From positions 62,001-126,000 of IMG/VR virus record IMGVR_UViG_3300036770_007547: 64,000 bases of DNA; one strand, written 5' to 3'. Both the position numbers and the translations under genes were made by a program. This document shows positions 45,545 to 54,799 of the stretch, one piece after another. Each line of letters opens with the position of its first letter. The stretch's first letter is position 1. The notes beneath the pieces are model-generated. The model ran no database searches. It had not been told where the DNA came from and saw only the letters and a list, made by a program, of their open reading frames with translations.

Positions 45545-46693
45545 TCATTTGACTCGCAGGATCACTAAATTTTCGTTGCCACGACCATTCCATTTGATCT
45601 CGGTGGCTTTGATGTCCTTGAAGAACTTGCGAGCATTGGGCACCGATGCTGCCATGAGAGTCTTGAGCTGTTCAGCGGGTTTCCTCAGTGTTTTTTGCAG
45701 TGTTTGTGCGGTATCAAGTCCAATGAGGCCCGAACCTTTTACTGTGAAACTGCCCACATGAGAATCTGCCACAGCATGTATCAGCTTGCGTTTTTTGACA
45801 TCATACAACCAGGCTTCGCTGGCACCCACCAAGCGAGCGGCTGTCTCACTGCGCAATTTGAGCTCGGCATCTTCCACCAAGATTTTGAACCCGCGTGCTA
45901 TGACCTCGGGAGGTTTGGCCTTCTTGGCTCTGGGTTTGCGTTCCACTTTCTTGAGTTGTCGATAACTGTTGCAATCGGCGATCACTTGTTCCACGAACTT
46001 GATCATGCCGCGTATCTGCAATTTTCCAAAATTTCCGTAGCCCTCGACCAGTTGCGCATCTCGACCTTCGGCCACGGCTTCGAGTTCTTCCAGCCGTTGT
46101 TGCCAAAGTCCAGCGATGTCTCCCACCATCTGCGGTGACACATTCATGCCGCGCAATACTGTGATGGGTTTGAAGTCGGCCGACATCTTGCAGCCAGCCC
46201 GTAACATGTCATCAAACATGCCTTCTAGCTCGCCTGCGGCCTCCATCATCTTTTCACGCAAACGATCCTGGATAGTGATCTTGGGTACGATGGGTTCGTC
46301 CACGGCTTTGGTGACTTCTTTTACGGATAACGCGGCCTGGCACTGTTGAGAAACATGATCGTTGACATAGAGCAGTTCGCGATCCGAGAGGGCAAGGCCC
46401 ATGAGACTCATGCGACTCAGCCAAGCAGCCTGCAAGCTCACCGAACTGTCAGGTACACGATGATAGTTGCGGGCATCTTTCTGGCGATCGTTGCGTGTGA
46501 GCCAATCAATCAAAAAATTCTTGGCATCCTTTTTACCATAGTGGTAGTTGTACCAAGTGAACGCTCCGATGACCTGGCTCATGCGCTGTTCGGCTTCGGG
46601 TTGTGCTCGCCACTGTGGTTCCCCGCCAGTGTATTTGGTTTCGTGCGATTTGGGCTGTAAAGGTTTCACGGGTTTGAGTGCAGTCGCAGTCAT
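45545..46693 (-). CDS. Hypothetical early protein
   Basis: 382-aa ORF; WYNYHY, QLVEGY, KTLRKP, NGR.NEN motifs as seen in large T4-like phage proteins. Confidence 0.75.
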   Translation of the reverse strand: MTATALKPVKPLQPKSHETKYTGGEPQWRAQPEAEQRMSQVIGAFTWYNYHYGKKDAKNFLIDWLTRNDRQKDARNYHRVPDSSVSLQAAWLSRMSLMGLALSDRELLYVNDHVSQQCQAALSVKEVTKAVDEPIVPKITIQDRLREKMMEAAGELEGMFDDMLRAGCKMSADFKPITVLRGMNVSPQMVGDIAGLWQQRLEELEAVAEGRDAQLVEGYGNFGKLQIRGMIKFVEQVIADCNSYRQLKKVERKPRAKKAKPPEVIARGFKILVEDAELKLRSETAARLVGASEAWLYDVKKRKLIHAVADSHVGSFTVKGSGLIGLDTAQTLQKTLRKPAEQLKTLMAASVPNARKFFKDIKATEIKWNGRGNENLVILRVK

Positions 46694-46962
46694 CTTGGCT
46701 CCTTGTTCATTAGTTTAGCCATCAATATGTGTCCTTCGAAATTCTTCAGGGCTTCGTCGGCTTGGGCGAGAAGATCGTTGAAGCGCGGGCTTCCGGTGCC
46801 TCGCCGTCGGCAATTGACCCATTCGGCATTGGCCTGGTTCAGCATTTTTGAGATCGCTCGATGCCAGATCCAGAATTCTCTGACACCTATTCTCATGCCA
46901 ACACAGTTGCGATGAGCTTGGTCCAAACGATCATGCAATTTTTGCCAATCTTCCAGGTCCAT
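46690..46962 (-). CDS. Hypothetical early protein
   Basis: 90-aa ORF directly behind a sigma70 promoter; ATGA overlap with the next gene. Confidence 0.7.
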   Translation of the reverse strand: MDLEDWQKLHDRLDQAHRNCVGMRIGVREFWIWHRAISKMLNQANAEWVNCRRRGTGSPRFNDLLAQADEALKNFEGHILMAKLMNKEPR

Positions 46963-46967
46963 GTGCT

Positions 46968-46996
46968 ATTTTAGCATGATCATCGTTTCCGGTCAA
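46968..46996 (-). promoter_or_regulatory. Sigma70-type early promoter, leaderless transcript
   Basis: TTGACC-17 nt-TAAAAT with TG extension; ATG 5 nt after the -10 box. Confidence 0.8.
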
Positions 46997-47004
46997 GCCG
47001 TCCA

Positions 47005-47010
47005 TAAATA
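47005..47010 (+). promoter_or_regulatory. Late promoter core TAAATA, 7 nt before the gp14 ATG
   Basis: CATAAATA-CAGAACT-ATG; no SD. Confidence 0.75.
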
Positions 47011-47017
47011 CAGAACT

Positions 47018-48343
47018 ATGCCCAGACTCAGTCTTTATCGTCCCAATCGCACCAATGATTACCGATTTTTGGATAGAACTATTTCGGAAATGTACACAGT
47101 GGGCGGAGTGGACATCTACGTCCACAAATACATGGGACCAAAAACCGGCGGCGAAGATTCTGCCGAAAGCGGCAACTACGATGCCACGCAGCCGATTTAC
47201 AGCAACGAAAACCCCTTGTTCATACAGGATCTCTTGTTGCTGGAAAATCGAGACCGAGCCTACGATCCCGATGTCTATCGCTTGCGCGGGGTTTACAATA
47301 CCCAAGACATAGATTTCAACCTCAGCCAGTTTGGCCTGTTCTTGCAGAATGATACCTTGTTTATCACGTTCCACTACAATGACATGATCGACACCATCGG
47401 CCGCAAGCTCATGAGCGGTGATGTGTTAGAAGTGCCCAACCTGCGCGACATGCATCCGCTTGACACCACTATCGCAAAAGCCATACCCAGATACTACGTG
47501 ATACAAGAAGCCAATTATGGCAGTGAAGGATTCAGCCAGACTTGGTTGCCGCACCTGTGGCGTGTGAAAGCCACACCCATGGTCAATGCACAAGAATACC
47601 AGGATGTGCTCAACAAACCGTTCGTGCAGGATCAAATCTGGGATCCGGGCAATTTTTATCCTGCAGGTTCCATAGTCAACTACGGCGATGTTTACTATCA
47701 AGCTCGAGTGGACGTGCCCGTTGACACCGAAATCACTGACACCAACTATTGGCGAGAGATTGATCCTCCCACGCAAGAAGAAAAAGTCACTACCAGACCC
47801 AAAGATCTTGAAATCAACGATGCCATCTTGGCACAAGCCGAGATCGAAGTCCCGCTTTCGGGCTACGACACAGTAAAGTTTTACATCTATCCCACGTTGG
47901 AAGATGGTACTCCGGCACCGCCCCAGGCCCTGTCTGTGGATGATTCACAGGTCACTATTGACAGCAGTGGCACCAACGTCACCCAAGCATCTGCCACGCC
48001 ACAGAGCGATGGCTATACCATGGGCTATCTCACTGGAGATGGCATCGCTCCCAACGGCTTGCCGGTGACGCCGGGAGTGAGCTTCCCTTCCAACCCTTAC
48101 GAAGGCGACTATTGTTTGCGGCTGGACTATTTCCCCAACCGACTGTTCCGATTCAACGGCAAAGGATGGATCAAGATCGAGGACAATGTACGCACTGACC
48201 TCACCAACGGTCCGGCCAATCAGACCCTGCGCTCGAGCTTTGTCAACAACGACAACACGGTGCCGACCACGGATCGCGGCGACATACCCAGCCGTCAGAG
48301 TCTCAGCGAGATTCTCAAACCACGAGCCGACAACGGAGGCTAA
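47018..48343 (+). CDS. gp14: Neck / head-closure protein (T4 gp14-like) with insertions
   Basis: GGVDIYVHKY, IQDLLLLENRDR.Y, LSQFGLFL..D.LFITFH, GDVLEVP; upstream of the gp15-like gene. Start MPRLSLYRP. Confidence 0.75.
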   Translation: MPRLSLYRPNRTNDYRFLDRTISEMYTVGGVDIYVHKYMGPKTGGEDSAESGNYDATQPIYSNENPLFIQDLLLLENRDRAYDPDVYRLRGVYNTQDIDFNLSQFGLFLQNDTLFITFHYNDMIDTIGRKLMSGDVLEVPNLRDMHPLDTTIAKAIPRYYVIQEANYGSEGFSQTWLPHLWRVKATPMVNAQEYQDVLNKPFVQDQIWDPGNFYPAGSIVNYGDVYYQARVDVPVDTEITDTNYWREIDPPTQEEKVTTRPKDLEINDAILAQAEIEVPLSGYDTVKFYIYPTLEDGTPAPPQALSVDDSQVTIDSSGTNVTQASATPQSDGYTMGYLTGDGIAPNGLPVTPGVSFPSNPYEGDYCLRLDYFPNRLFRFNGKGWIKIEDNVRTDLTNGPANQTLRSSFVNNDNTVPTTDRGDIPSRQSLSEILKPRADNGG

Positions 48344-48346
48344 CAA

Positions 48347-49729
48347 ATGCAGTCCTTCTTTTACGATGAACAAATACGCAGATTCCTCCTGCAGTTTGCT
48401 AGGATCTTCAGCAACTTCCAGGTCGAATACGGTCGAGACGAAGAAGGCAATCCCACTCTGTTGCGTGTACCAGTTCGCTATGGTGATTCCAGCCGCCAAG
48501 TGCAAACAGTGATCCAAAACAATTCACCCAACTCCATGCCTAGCACACCAATGATCACTTTTTACATCACTGGCATGGACTATGATCGCCCTCGCATGCA
48601 AGATCCCTATTTTGTTGATCGGGTATCAGTGCGTCAACGCACCTACGATTCCGACACCGACAGCTACGAGACCACGCAAGGCAATGCATTCACCATTGAA
48701 CGCTTGATGCCGGTTCCCTACAAGATGACCATCAACTGCGACATCTGGACTTCGAACACCAATCAAAAATTCCAGATATTCGAGCAGATATCAACCTTGT
48801 TCAATCCTGCACTGGAAATACAAAGCACCGACAACTATCTGGACTGGACCAGCCTCTCGGTGGTGGAACTGGATCAAGTCACATGGAGCAGTCGTACCGT
48901 GCCCGTGGGCACCGAAGATCCCATAGACATCATGACCATGAGATTTTCCCTGCCCATATGGATATCTTCACCAGCTAAGGTCAAGAAGCTGGGAGTGGTT
49001 GAAAAAATCATTGCATCAGTGTACGATGCTCAGGGCGATGCTGTAGAGGCCGTGACCAACAATGACCTGTTGTTGGGCACTCGACAAAAAATCACTCCGT
49101 TTGGCTATCAAGTCCTGCTCATCGGCAACAAACTGCAGGCACTGAAACAAAGCGCAGTGGTAGATCAAAGCAACCGAAGTCTAGATCCTCCCACATCGCC
49201 GCCCAGCAACGAGCTGTGGAATACCATAATCAACATGTATGGAGTGATCCGTCCGGGCATAAGCCAGATACGACTTGACAGCCAATGGGGTGACGAATCA
49301 CAGGTGATTGGATACATCAGCCAAGATCCCACTGACGATCGTTTCCTGCTGTTTGATGTTGACATCGATACCATCCCCCAGAATACCCTGTCACCATTGG
49401 ATGCTGTGGTCAATCCTTTGTTGAGCGGTCCTGGAGCTGGATTACCTGCGGCGGCCGCTGGACAACGATATCTTCTCGTTGAACCGATCAATACCACTCA
49501 AAATGTTGGACCAGCCACGGCCTGGGGCTTGATCGAAGGCGATGCCAACGACATCATCGAATACGACGGTCAGGGATGGGTAGTAAGTTTTGACGCTACG
49601 CAATCGCGTGATAATATACAATTTGTTACCAACATAACCACCAACATACAATATCGTTGGACTGGTACTACATGGGTCAAGAGTTATCAAGGTCTGTATC
49701 CGGGAGGAGAATGGAGCATCGTATTTTAA
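48347..49729 (+). CDS. gp15: Tail sheath stabiliser / tail terminator (T4 gp15-like)
   Basis: FFYDEQIRRFLLQF..IFS, VPVRYG, MPVPY, QIFEQI..LFNP. Confidence 0.85.
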   Translation: MQSFFYDEQIRRFLLQFARIFSNFQVEYGRDEEGNPTLLRVPVRYGDSSRQVQTVIQNNSPNSMPSTPMITFYITGMDYDRPRMQDPYFVDRVSVRQRTYDSDTDSYETTQGNAFTIERLMPVPYKMTINCDIWTSNTNQKFQIFEQISTLFNPALEIQSTDNYLDWTSLSVVELDQVTWSSRTVPVGTEDPIDIMTMRFSLPIWISSPAKVKKLGVVEKIIASVYDAQGDAVEAVTNNDLLLGTRQKITPFGYQVLLIGNKLQALKQSAVVDQSNRSLDPPTSPPSNELWNTIINMYGVIRPGISQIRLDSQWGDESQVIGYISQDPTDDRFLLFDVDIDTIPQNTLSPLDAVVNPLLSGPGAGLPAAAAGQRYLLVEPINTTQNVGPATAWGLIEGDANDIIEYDGQGWVVSFDATQSRDNIQFVTNITTNIQYRWTGTTWVKSYQGLYPGGEWSIVF

Positions 49730-50169
49730 ACGCTGTGGGTGTTTGGTTTTACAGTATCAACACTGATAGATACCTTTATCTCATGCGAGACGACTCTCGA
49801 CATCCCATGACATGGGGTCTACCTGGCGGCAAATGTGATGCCAACGAAGCATTGCTGGATGCTATCAATCGAGAATGTCAAGAAGAACTGGGCAGCATGC
49901 CCGAATACGTGAAGTTACTGCCCATAGAAAAATTCACCAGCGATGATGGCAAGTTTGTGTATCACACTTTTTTCGCTGGTGTTGCCGACGAGTTCAGACC
50001 CCGTCTCAACGACGAGCACCTTGGGTATGCCTGGATCGACAGCGGAGTCCTGCCCAAACCATTGCACCCCGGACTTTGGAACACCGTGAATTTTGACGTG
50101 GTGCAAAACAAGATATCGCTGATACGCGATGACTTTCAGATGTCACAGTGCGTGACAAATTTTCGATGA
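49711..50169 (+). CDS. NUDIX hydrolase
   Basis: WGLPGGK...E....A..RE..EELG Nudix box; LNDEHLGYAW. Start at 49711 with a GGAGG SD. Confidence 0.88.
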   Translation: MEHRILNAVGVWFYSINTDRYLYLMRDDSRHPMTWGLPGGKCDANEALLDAINRECQEELGSMPEYVKLLPIEKFTSDDGKFVYHTFFAGVADEFRPRLNDEHLGYAWIDSGVLPKPLHPGLWNTVNFDVVQNKISLIRDDFQMSQCVTNFR

Positions 50170-50840
50170 GTCATGCAACGAACATTGGCCAGCTTTTTCC
50201 AATCTTCGGGCATGTTACTGGCTGCGCCCACTAGAGTAAACTGCACACCGCTGTAGGCACGCATGACATTTTCGATGTCCTGCATCCAAGAGCGTTCGTA
50301 GTGCGTGAGTTCTTGATTGTAGCCCAGCATGTAGATCTCTTGGTGCCCATCAAAAGCCGCGATATAAAGCGGCAGTGCTAGGTTGCTCATGGGCACTGAA
50401 TGTGGGATGAGATAAAATTTTCCGGGATTGGCCAAAACTTTGGGAGCCGTGGTATACACTGCGGTCATCTCATGATACATGACTCGACGTGTGAAGAATG
50501 GAGTGATATCGTAGTGTACTTTTTTTGATAGACTGTCCAGTTCTTCTGATATCGTAGTGGCATAAAAATCCAATCGCATGTCACGCCAGGTATCCAAAGC
50601 ACCGTAAGTCTGTAAACGCTTACGACCATGCAGTCCACCACGATGACGTTGTAAACGAGTGTGATCAAACATGCTTCGATCGCTGTTTGATCCAATCACT
50701 GCGGCACGCCCTGAGATCCAGTGATTCTGGATCTGATTTGGGATCCATTCGCGTTGTTGTATCTTGACACCATCACGCCATGTGGTGTCGGATATAACAA
50801 ATTCTCCGGTGTACTCGCTGCGATACCGCTCGGATATCAT
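50136..50840 (-). CDS. Hypothetical protein, possibly Maf/GT29-like Rossmann fold
   Basis: AAVIG...R, QTYG, LYIAAFDGHQEIYMLGY. Confidence 0.5.
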   Translation of the reverse strand: MISERYRSEYTGEFVISDTTWRDGVKIQQREWIPNQIQNHWISGRAAVIGSNSDRSMFDHTRLQRHRGGLHGRKRLQTYGALDTWRDMRLDFYATTISEELDSLSKKVHYDITPFFTRRVMYHEMTAVYTTAPKVLANPGKFYLIPHSVPMSNLALPLYIAAFDGHQEIYMLGYNQELTHYERSWMQDIENVMRAYSGVQFTLVGAASNMPEDWKKLANVRCMTHRKFVTHCDI

Positions 50841-53800
50841 AGACGTCCCACTACCACTTCGATCACACCCAAGCCTTCACTGTCGTGATCTTCCAAGGCT
50901 TTTCCTATCACTGATCCATACACAAACACGGTGTGATCTATGGCAGTGGCCACACCCGGTGAATCACTGCTGATCAAGAGATCTCCGCGACGTATACGTC
51001 CTTTCACCAAGCAAGGCACACGTCCAGTCAGTGCCACTGACACTGCTGCGGTATCATCTAGACCGGTATTCATCAAGAAAGCAGGATCGGTAGATACCAC
51101 GCCAATCACACGACTGCTGGCGGGAGTAGTGGTCTGCGTGACTTCGGCTGTACCACCAATTTCCACCACGGTGCCCGGGGGGTAGGATTGATCAGCCAGA
51201 TATTTTTCTGCCAAGTCAGCGTAAAGTGCGCTGGTTGCTCGAGCGTAAACTGTGTTGAAATAGTTGCTGCTTGATCCAATATTGCCCACACCGTTGGAAC
51301 CGGTCTTGATGATCTCGATGGTGCTGACTGCACCAGCTGTGACTAGATTACCGCCGGTGATGTTGCCTGTGGCCACCACTTGTGCGCCGGTGTTCAGATT
51401 GCCACCGGTGATGTTGCCAGTAAACTGTCCCAGGCCTCCCACATGTAGGTTACCAACCACACCCGCACCCCCGGCCACTTGAAGTGCACCAGTAGTGGTG
51501 GAAGTGGCTGCCGTGGTTGAAGTCACGTTGGCCAATGCAGAAATGATTATGTTGGCCGCGCTGAGAGTGGCCGAAGTGCTGAAATTACCGGCATTGACGT
51601 TGCCAGTCACAGTGGCATTGGCAGCGATGGCCAGGTTGCCACCTGATATGTTTCCAGTGACTGCTGCTGCACCGGCTGTGACCAAGTTACCACCTATGAC
51701 GTTGCCCGTGGATTGTACCACACCAGCTGTGGTCAGATTGCCACCTATGACGTTGCCTGTAGACTGTACCACACCACCTGTGACCAAGTTGCCACCGCCT
51801 ACGTTTCCAGTAGCAGACACTAGACCACCAGTGACGAGATTGCCGCCTGACACGTTTCCGGTAGCGATCACTTGCCCACCCACATAGGTTTCACCACCTA
51901 TGCCCACACCGCCGGCCACGATCAACGCACCAGTGGTGGTGGAAGTAGATGTTGTTGACGCTGTGAGATTGGCTGATCCGGCTTTGATGCCTGGATAGAC
52001 CAAGTTGGCATCAGAAAAATCAACTTCGGTGTTGGGTCGATTGGCTATGTTGGCAAAAAATTTGAACACACCGTCGGTGGCATCACGCACCAGACCGTTG
52101 TAGAGATTGCCACCGGCATTGTATTGACCCACGAAACCCAGATCCAGGAGGTCTGCGGCATTGTTGGCTCCCAAGAAGATCAAGGGATCATCAACCACCA
52201 GGGCCGACACGTCAATGGTGTTGCCTGAACCGCCCAGGGTGATGTTACCAACGATGTTGACGTCACCGCCCACGTTGAGGTTACCCGTGAGTCCCAAACC
52301 ACCATCAATCACCAAAGCACCGGTGGTTGTCGATGTGGAATCTGTGGGGATCACGATCTCGACCTTTTGGTCGGGGAAGATGATCATCTGTGTGTTACCA
52401 GTGCCAAAGCCGCCGGCACCAAACTTGATGGCATTGACATTGCCGTTGCTGCCCGTGGCGATGATGAGGTTACCGCCTGACGCCACATCAGTGGGAGCTT
52501 CAAACAAGAGATAACCGTCGCTGGCCTGGGTGAGCAGGAAAGCAGGGTCGTCGTATAGACTGGAGTTGATACCCATGGAAATCCAGCCCTGCTCGATGTT
52601 GCCCACGTCGTTGATGGCGATGAATTCACCATAGGCCAAGTTGCCCGAGCTTTCGTTGACTGAGGCGATCTCCGCTGCGCCAGCGATGTTGGCCACAGCG
52701 ATGATACGTCGCCCTTCCTCGCTTTCGCCCTGTGCTGTGAGCCAAGCGTTGACTTCGCCTGAATGCACCCAGTTGTTGGCTGTGATGTTGTTGGCTGTGA
52801 TATAGCTGGTTTCGCTGGCTGTGAGGTTACCGCCCATGTTAAGGTTGCCAGTGAGTCCCATGCCACCTGCCACACGCAATGCGCCAGTGGTGGTAGATGT
52901 AGATGTGGTTGGAATCTCGATGTGCACCTGCAGATCAGGTATGATCACCATCTGTGTGTTACCAGTGGCAAATCCGCCAGCACCAAACACGATGGAGTTG
53001 TTGCTGCCATTGCCGCCCGTGGCGATCACCAAGTTGCCTGAACCAGAAGTGTTGGCCGGGGCTTCAAACAGGATGTAGCCCTCGTCGGCCATCGTGAGCT
53101 GGAAGCTGGGATCATCGTAAGTGGAACTGTTGATGCCCATGCTGATCCAACCCTGGCTTACATTGCCCACGTCGTTGATGGCCAAAAATTCCGAGTAACT
53201 TAGATTGCCAGCATTTTGATTGACTGTGAGTATTTCGGCTGCGCCTGCGATGTTGGCCACAGCAGCGATGCGTCGGCCAGTGTCTGCTTCACTTTGATCT
53301 GTGAGCCACTGTTCCACTGGTCCCGAGTACACATGATTGTTGGCCAAGAAATTGTTGGCCAGCACTGTACTGGTATCGCCCACGGTGATATTACCAGCCA
53401 CATTGAGCTGGCCGCCCATGTTGAGGTTACCGGTAAGGCCCATGCCGCCGCCCACTCGCAAAGCACCAGTGGCGGTGTTGGTAGACACCGTGGGTATTTC
53501 GATGTGCACCTGCTCGTCAGGCATGATCAGCATCTGCACGTTACCAGTGGCAAATCCACCAGCGCCAAACACGATGTAGTTGTTGGCGCCATTGGTGCCG
53601 GTACCTATAACGAGGTTACCACCAGCAGTGGTTCCTGCTGGTGCTTCATACAAGAGATATCCACCATCAGCTTTGGTGATAGGGAAAGAAGGATCATCAT
53701 AGGTGCTGGAGTTGATGCCCATGCTGATCCAGCCCTGGTCGATGTTGCCAACATCGTTCATAGCAATGAATTCTGAATAGGCAAGATTGGCTGCACTTTC

Positions 53801-54715
53801 ATTGACCACAGCAATCTCAACCGGTCCTGCGATGTTGGCAACGGCCATGATGCGCCGATCTTCGGCAGAAACACCTTCGTCAGACAACCATCCATCCACA
53901 TTGCCCGAGAACAAGTGATCGGTGGCAGAAACATTGGCAGCTACGATGTTGCCATCAACTGTGAGTGTGCCGGCTGTGAGATTCCCCGACACATCAAGCG
54001 AGGCCATGTCCAGCACTGTGTTGGCCGCACTGTTGCCGGACAGCACGAATTCAGCACCTTCAGGTCCGGTGATGATCACACTGGTGGTATTGGCACTGAA
54101 AGTGGCATTGGCCAAGAATATGGAATTGCCGGCTAGATAAAGATCGTTCCAACGATTGGTGGTATTGCCCAGGCTGTAAGTGACATTGGCGCTGGGATTG
54201 AGGTTTCCTGCCACCGAAAAAGGCACAAGAGTGTCGTTCAATGTCAACACACCGTCGATGTTTACATTGGCCGATGCTTCGAGTTCTCCGGCCACCGAAA
54301 CTCCATTGGCAAAAATAGCTTCTGGGGTGATTGTGATTCCACTGCTGCCATCTTGAGTGTCAATGAGATTGGTGTAGACATTTCCGTGTAGATTATCTGC
54401 AGTGACATTGGCCACTACTGTGATTCCGTTGGGCAGCACTTCAACTATGCGTGTTCCGCCAACATTGATGTTGACGTTGCCACCCGAGCTTAAAATTTTG
54501 ACGTTGCTGGTACCATTGTAAATTTCGCTGGTGCTGAACGGAGATACCAGGTTTTCCACCCAGGGTTCGGTGGCTAGAGTGGTGCCCCCGGCTGTGGTAC
54601 CGTCGTGTACCCGCAGCGTACCGTTAGTGGTGTCAACCGTGATTTCGCCCAACGCTCCAGTGAAAGCGTCATTTTCTTGTTCAGTTCCTCGTCGATATTG
54701 TATCTGTACAGCCAT
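50837..54715 (-). CDS. Long tail fibre/spike protein: Mtd_N-like N-terminus, three internal repeats, C-terminal intramolecular-chaperone (peptidase G2-like) domain
   Basis: IQYRRGT...FTGALGEITVDT..TLRVHDG.TAGG; YADLAEKY...GVVSTDPA...VALTGRVPC...GKALE. Confidence 0.8.
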   Translation of the reverse strand: MAVQIQYRRGTEQENDAFTGALGEITVDTTNGTLRVHDGTTAGGTTLATEPWVENLVSPFSTSEIYNGTSNVKILSSGGNVNINVGGTRIVEVLPNGITVVANVTADNLHGNVYTNLIDTQDGSSGITITPEAIFANGVSVAGELEASANVNIDGVLTLNDTLVPFSVAGNLNPSANVTYSLGNTTNRWNDLYLAGNSIFLANATFSANTTSVIITGPEGAEFVLSGNSAANTVLDMASLDVSGNLTAGTLTVDGNIVAANVSATDHLFSGNVDGWLSDEGVSAEDRRIMAVANIAGPVEIAVVNESAANLAYSEFIAMNDVGNIDQGWISMGINSSTYDDPSFPITKADGGYLLYEAPAGTTAGGNLVIGTGTNGANNYIVFGAGGFATGNVQMLIMPDEQVHIEIPTVSTNTATGALRVGGGMGLTGNLNMGGQLNVAGNITVGDTSTVLANNFLANNHVYSGPVEQWLTDQSEADTGRRIAAVANIAGAAEILTVNQNAGNLSYSEFLAINDVGNVSQGWISMGINSSTYDDPSFQLTMADEGYILFEAPANTSGSGNLVIATGGNGSNNSIVFGAGGFATGNTQMVIIPDLQVHIEIPTTSTSTTTGALRVAGGMGLTGNLNMGGNLTASETSYITANNITANNWVHSGEVNAWLTAQGESEEGRRIIAVANIAGAAEIASVNESSGNLAYGEFIAINDVGNIEQGWISMGINSSLYDDPAFLLTQASDGYLLFEAPTDVASGGNLIIATGSNGNVNAIKFGAGGFGTGNTQMIIFPDQKVEIVIPTDSTSTTTGALVIDGGLGLTGNLNVGGDVNIVGNITLGGSGNTIDVSALVVDDPLIFLGANNAADLLDLGFVGQYNAGGNLYNGLVRDATDGVFKFFANIANRPNTEVDFSDANLVYPGIKAGSANLTASTTSTSTTTGALIVAGGVGIGGETYVGGQVIATGNVSGGNLVTGGLVSATGNVGGGNLVTGGVVQSTGNVIGGNLTTAGVVQSTGNVIGGNLVTAGAAAVTGNISGGNLAIAANATVTGNVNAGNFSTSATLSAANIIISALANVTSTTAATSTTTGALQVAGGAGVVGNLHVGGLGQFTGNITGGNLNTGAQVVATGNITGGNLVTAGAVSTIEIIKTGSNGVGNIGSSSNYFNTVYARATSALYADLAEKYLADQSYPPGTVVEIGGTAEVTQTTTPASSRVIGVVSTDPAFLMNTGLDDTAAVSVALTGRVPCLVKGRIRRGDLLISSDSPGVATAIDHTVFVYGSVIGKALEDHDSEGLGVIEVVVGRL
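52260..53920 (-). repeat. Three tandem ~190-aa domain repeats in the fibre gene (approximate bounds)
   Basis: GWISMGINSS.YDDP.F and FGAGGF.TGN.QM each occur three times, about 570-580 nt apart. Confidence 0.85.
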
Positions 54716-54735
54716 GTCAGTTGTCTCCGTCCCGG

Positions 54736-54791
54736 TATTTATGGTTATGAACTAACAGACTGAGTCTGCGTCCGGTGTTTGATGTTATTTA
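54736..54791 (-). promoter_or_regulatory. Two late promoter cores TAAATA (54786-54791 and 54736-54741)
   Basis: GATAAATA and CATAAATA in the intergenic region, then a GGAG SD. Confidence 0.7.
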
Positions 54792-54799
54792 TCGATGAT

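Noticed and set aside
50837-54715. Diversity-generating retroelement suggested by the Mtd_N-like N-terminus
   Set aside because: No reverse transcriptase and no template/variable repeat pair differing at adenines is visible in the window; the C-terminus is a chaperone-like domain.
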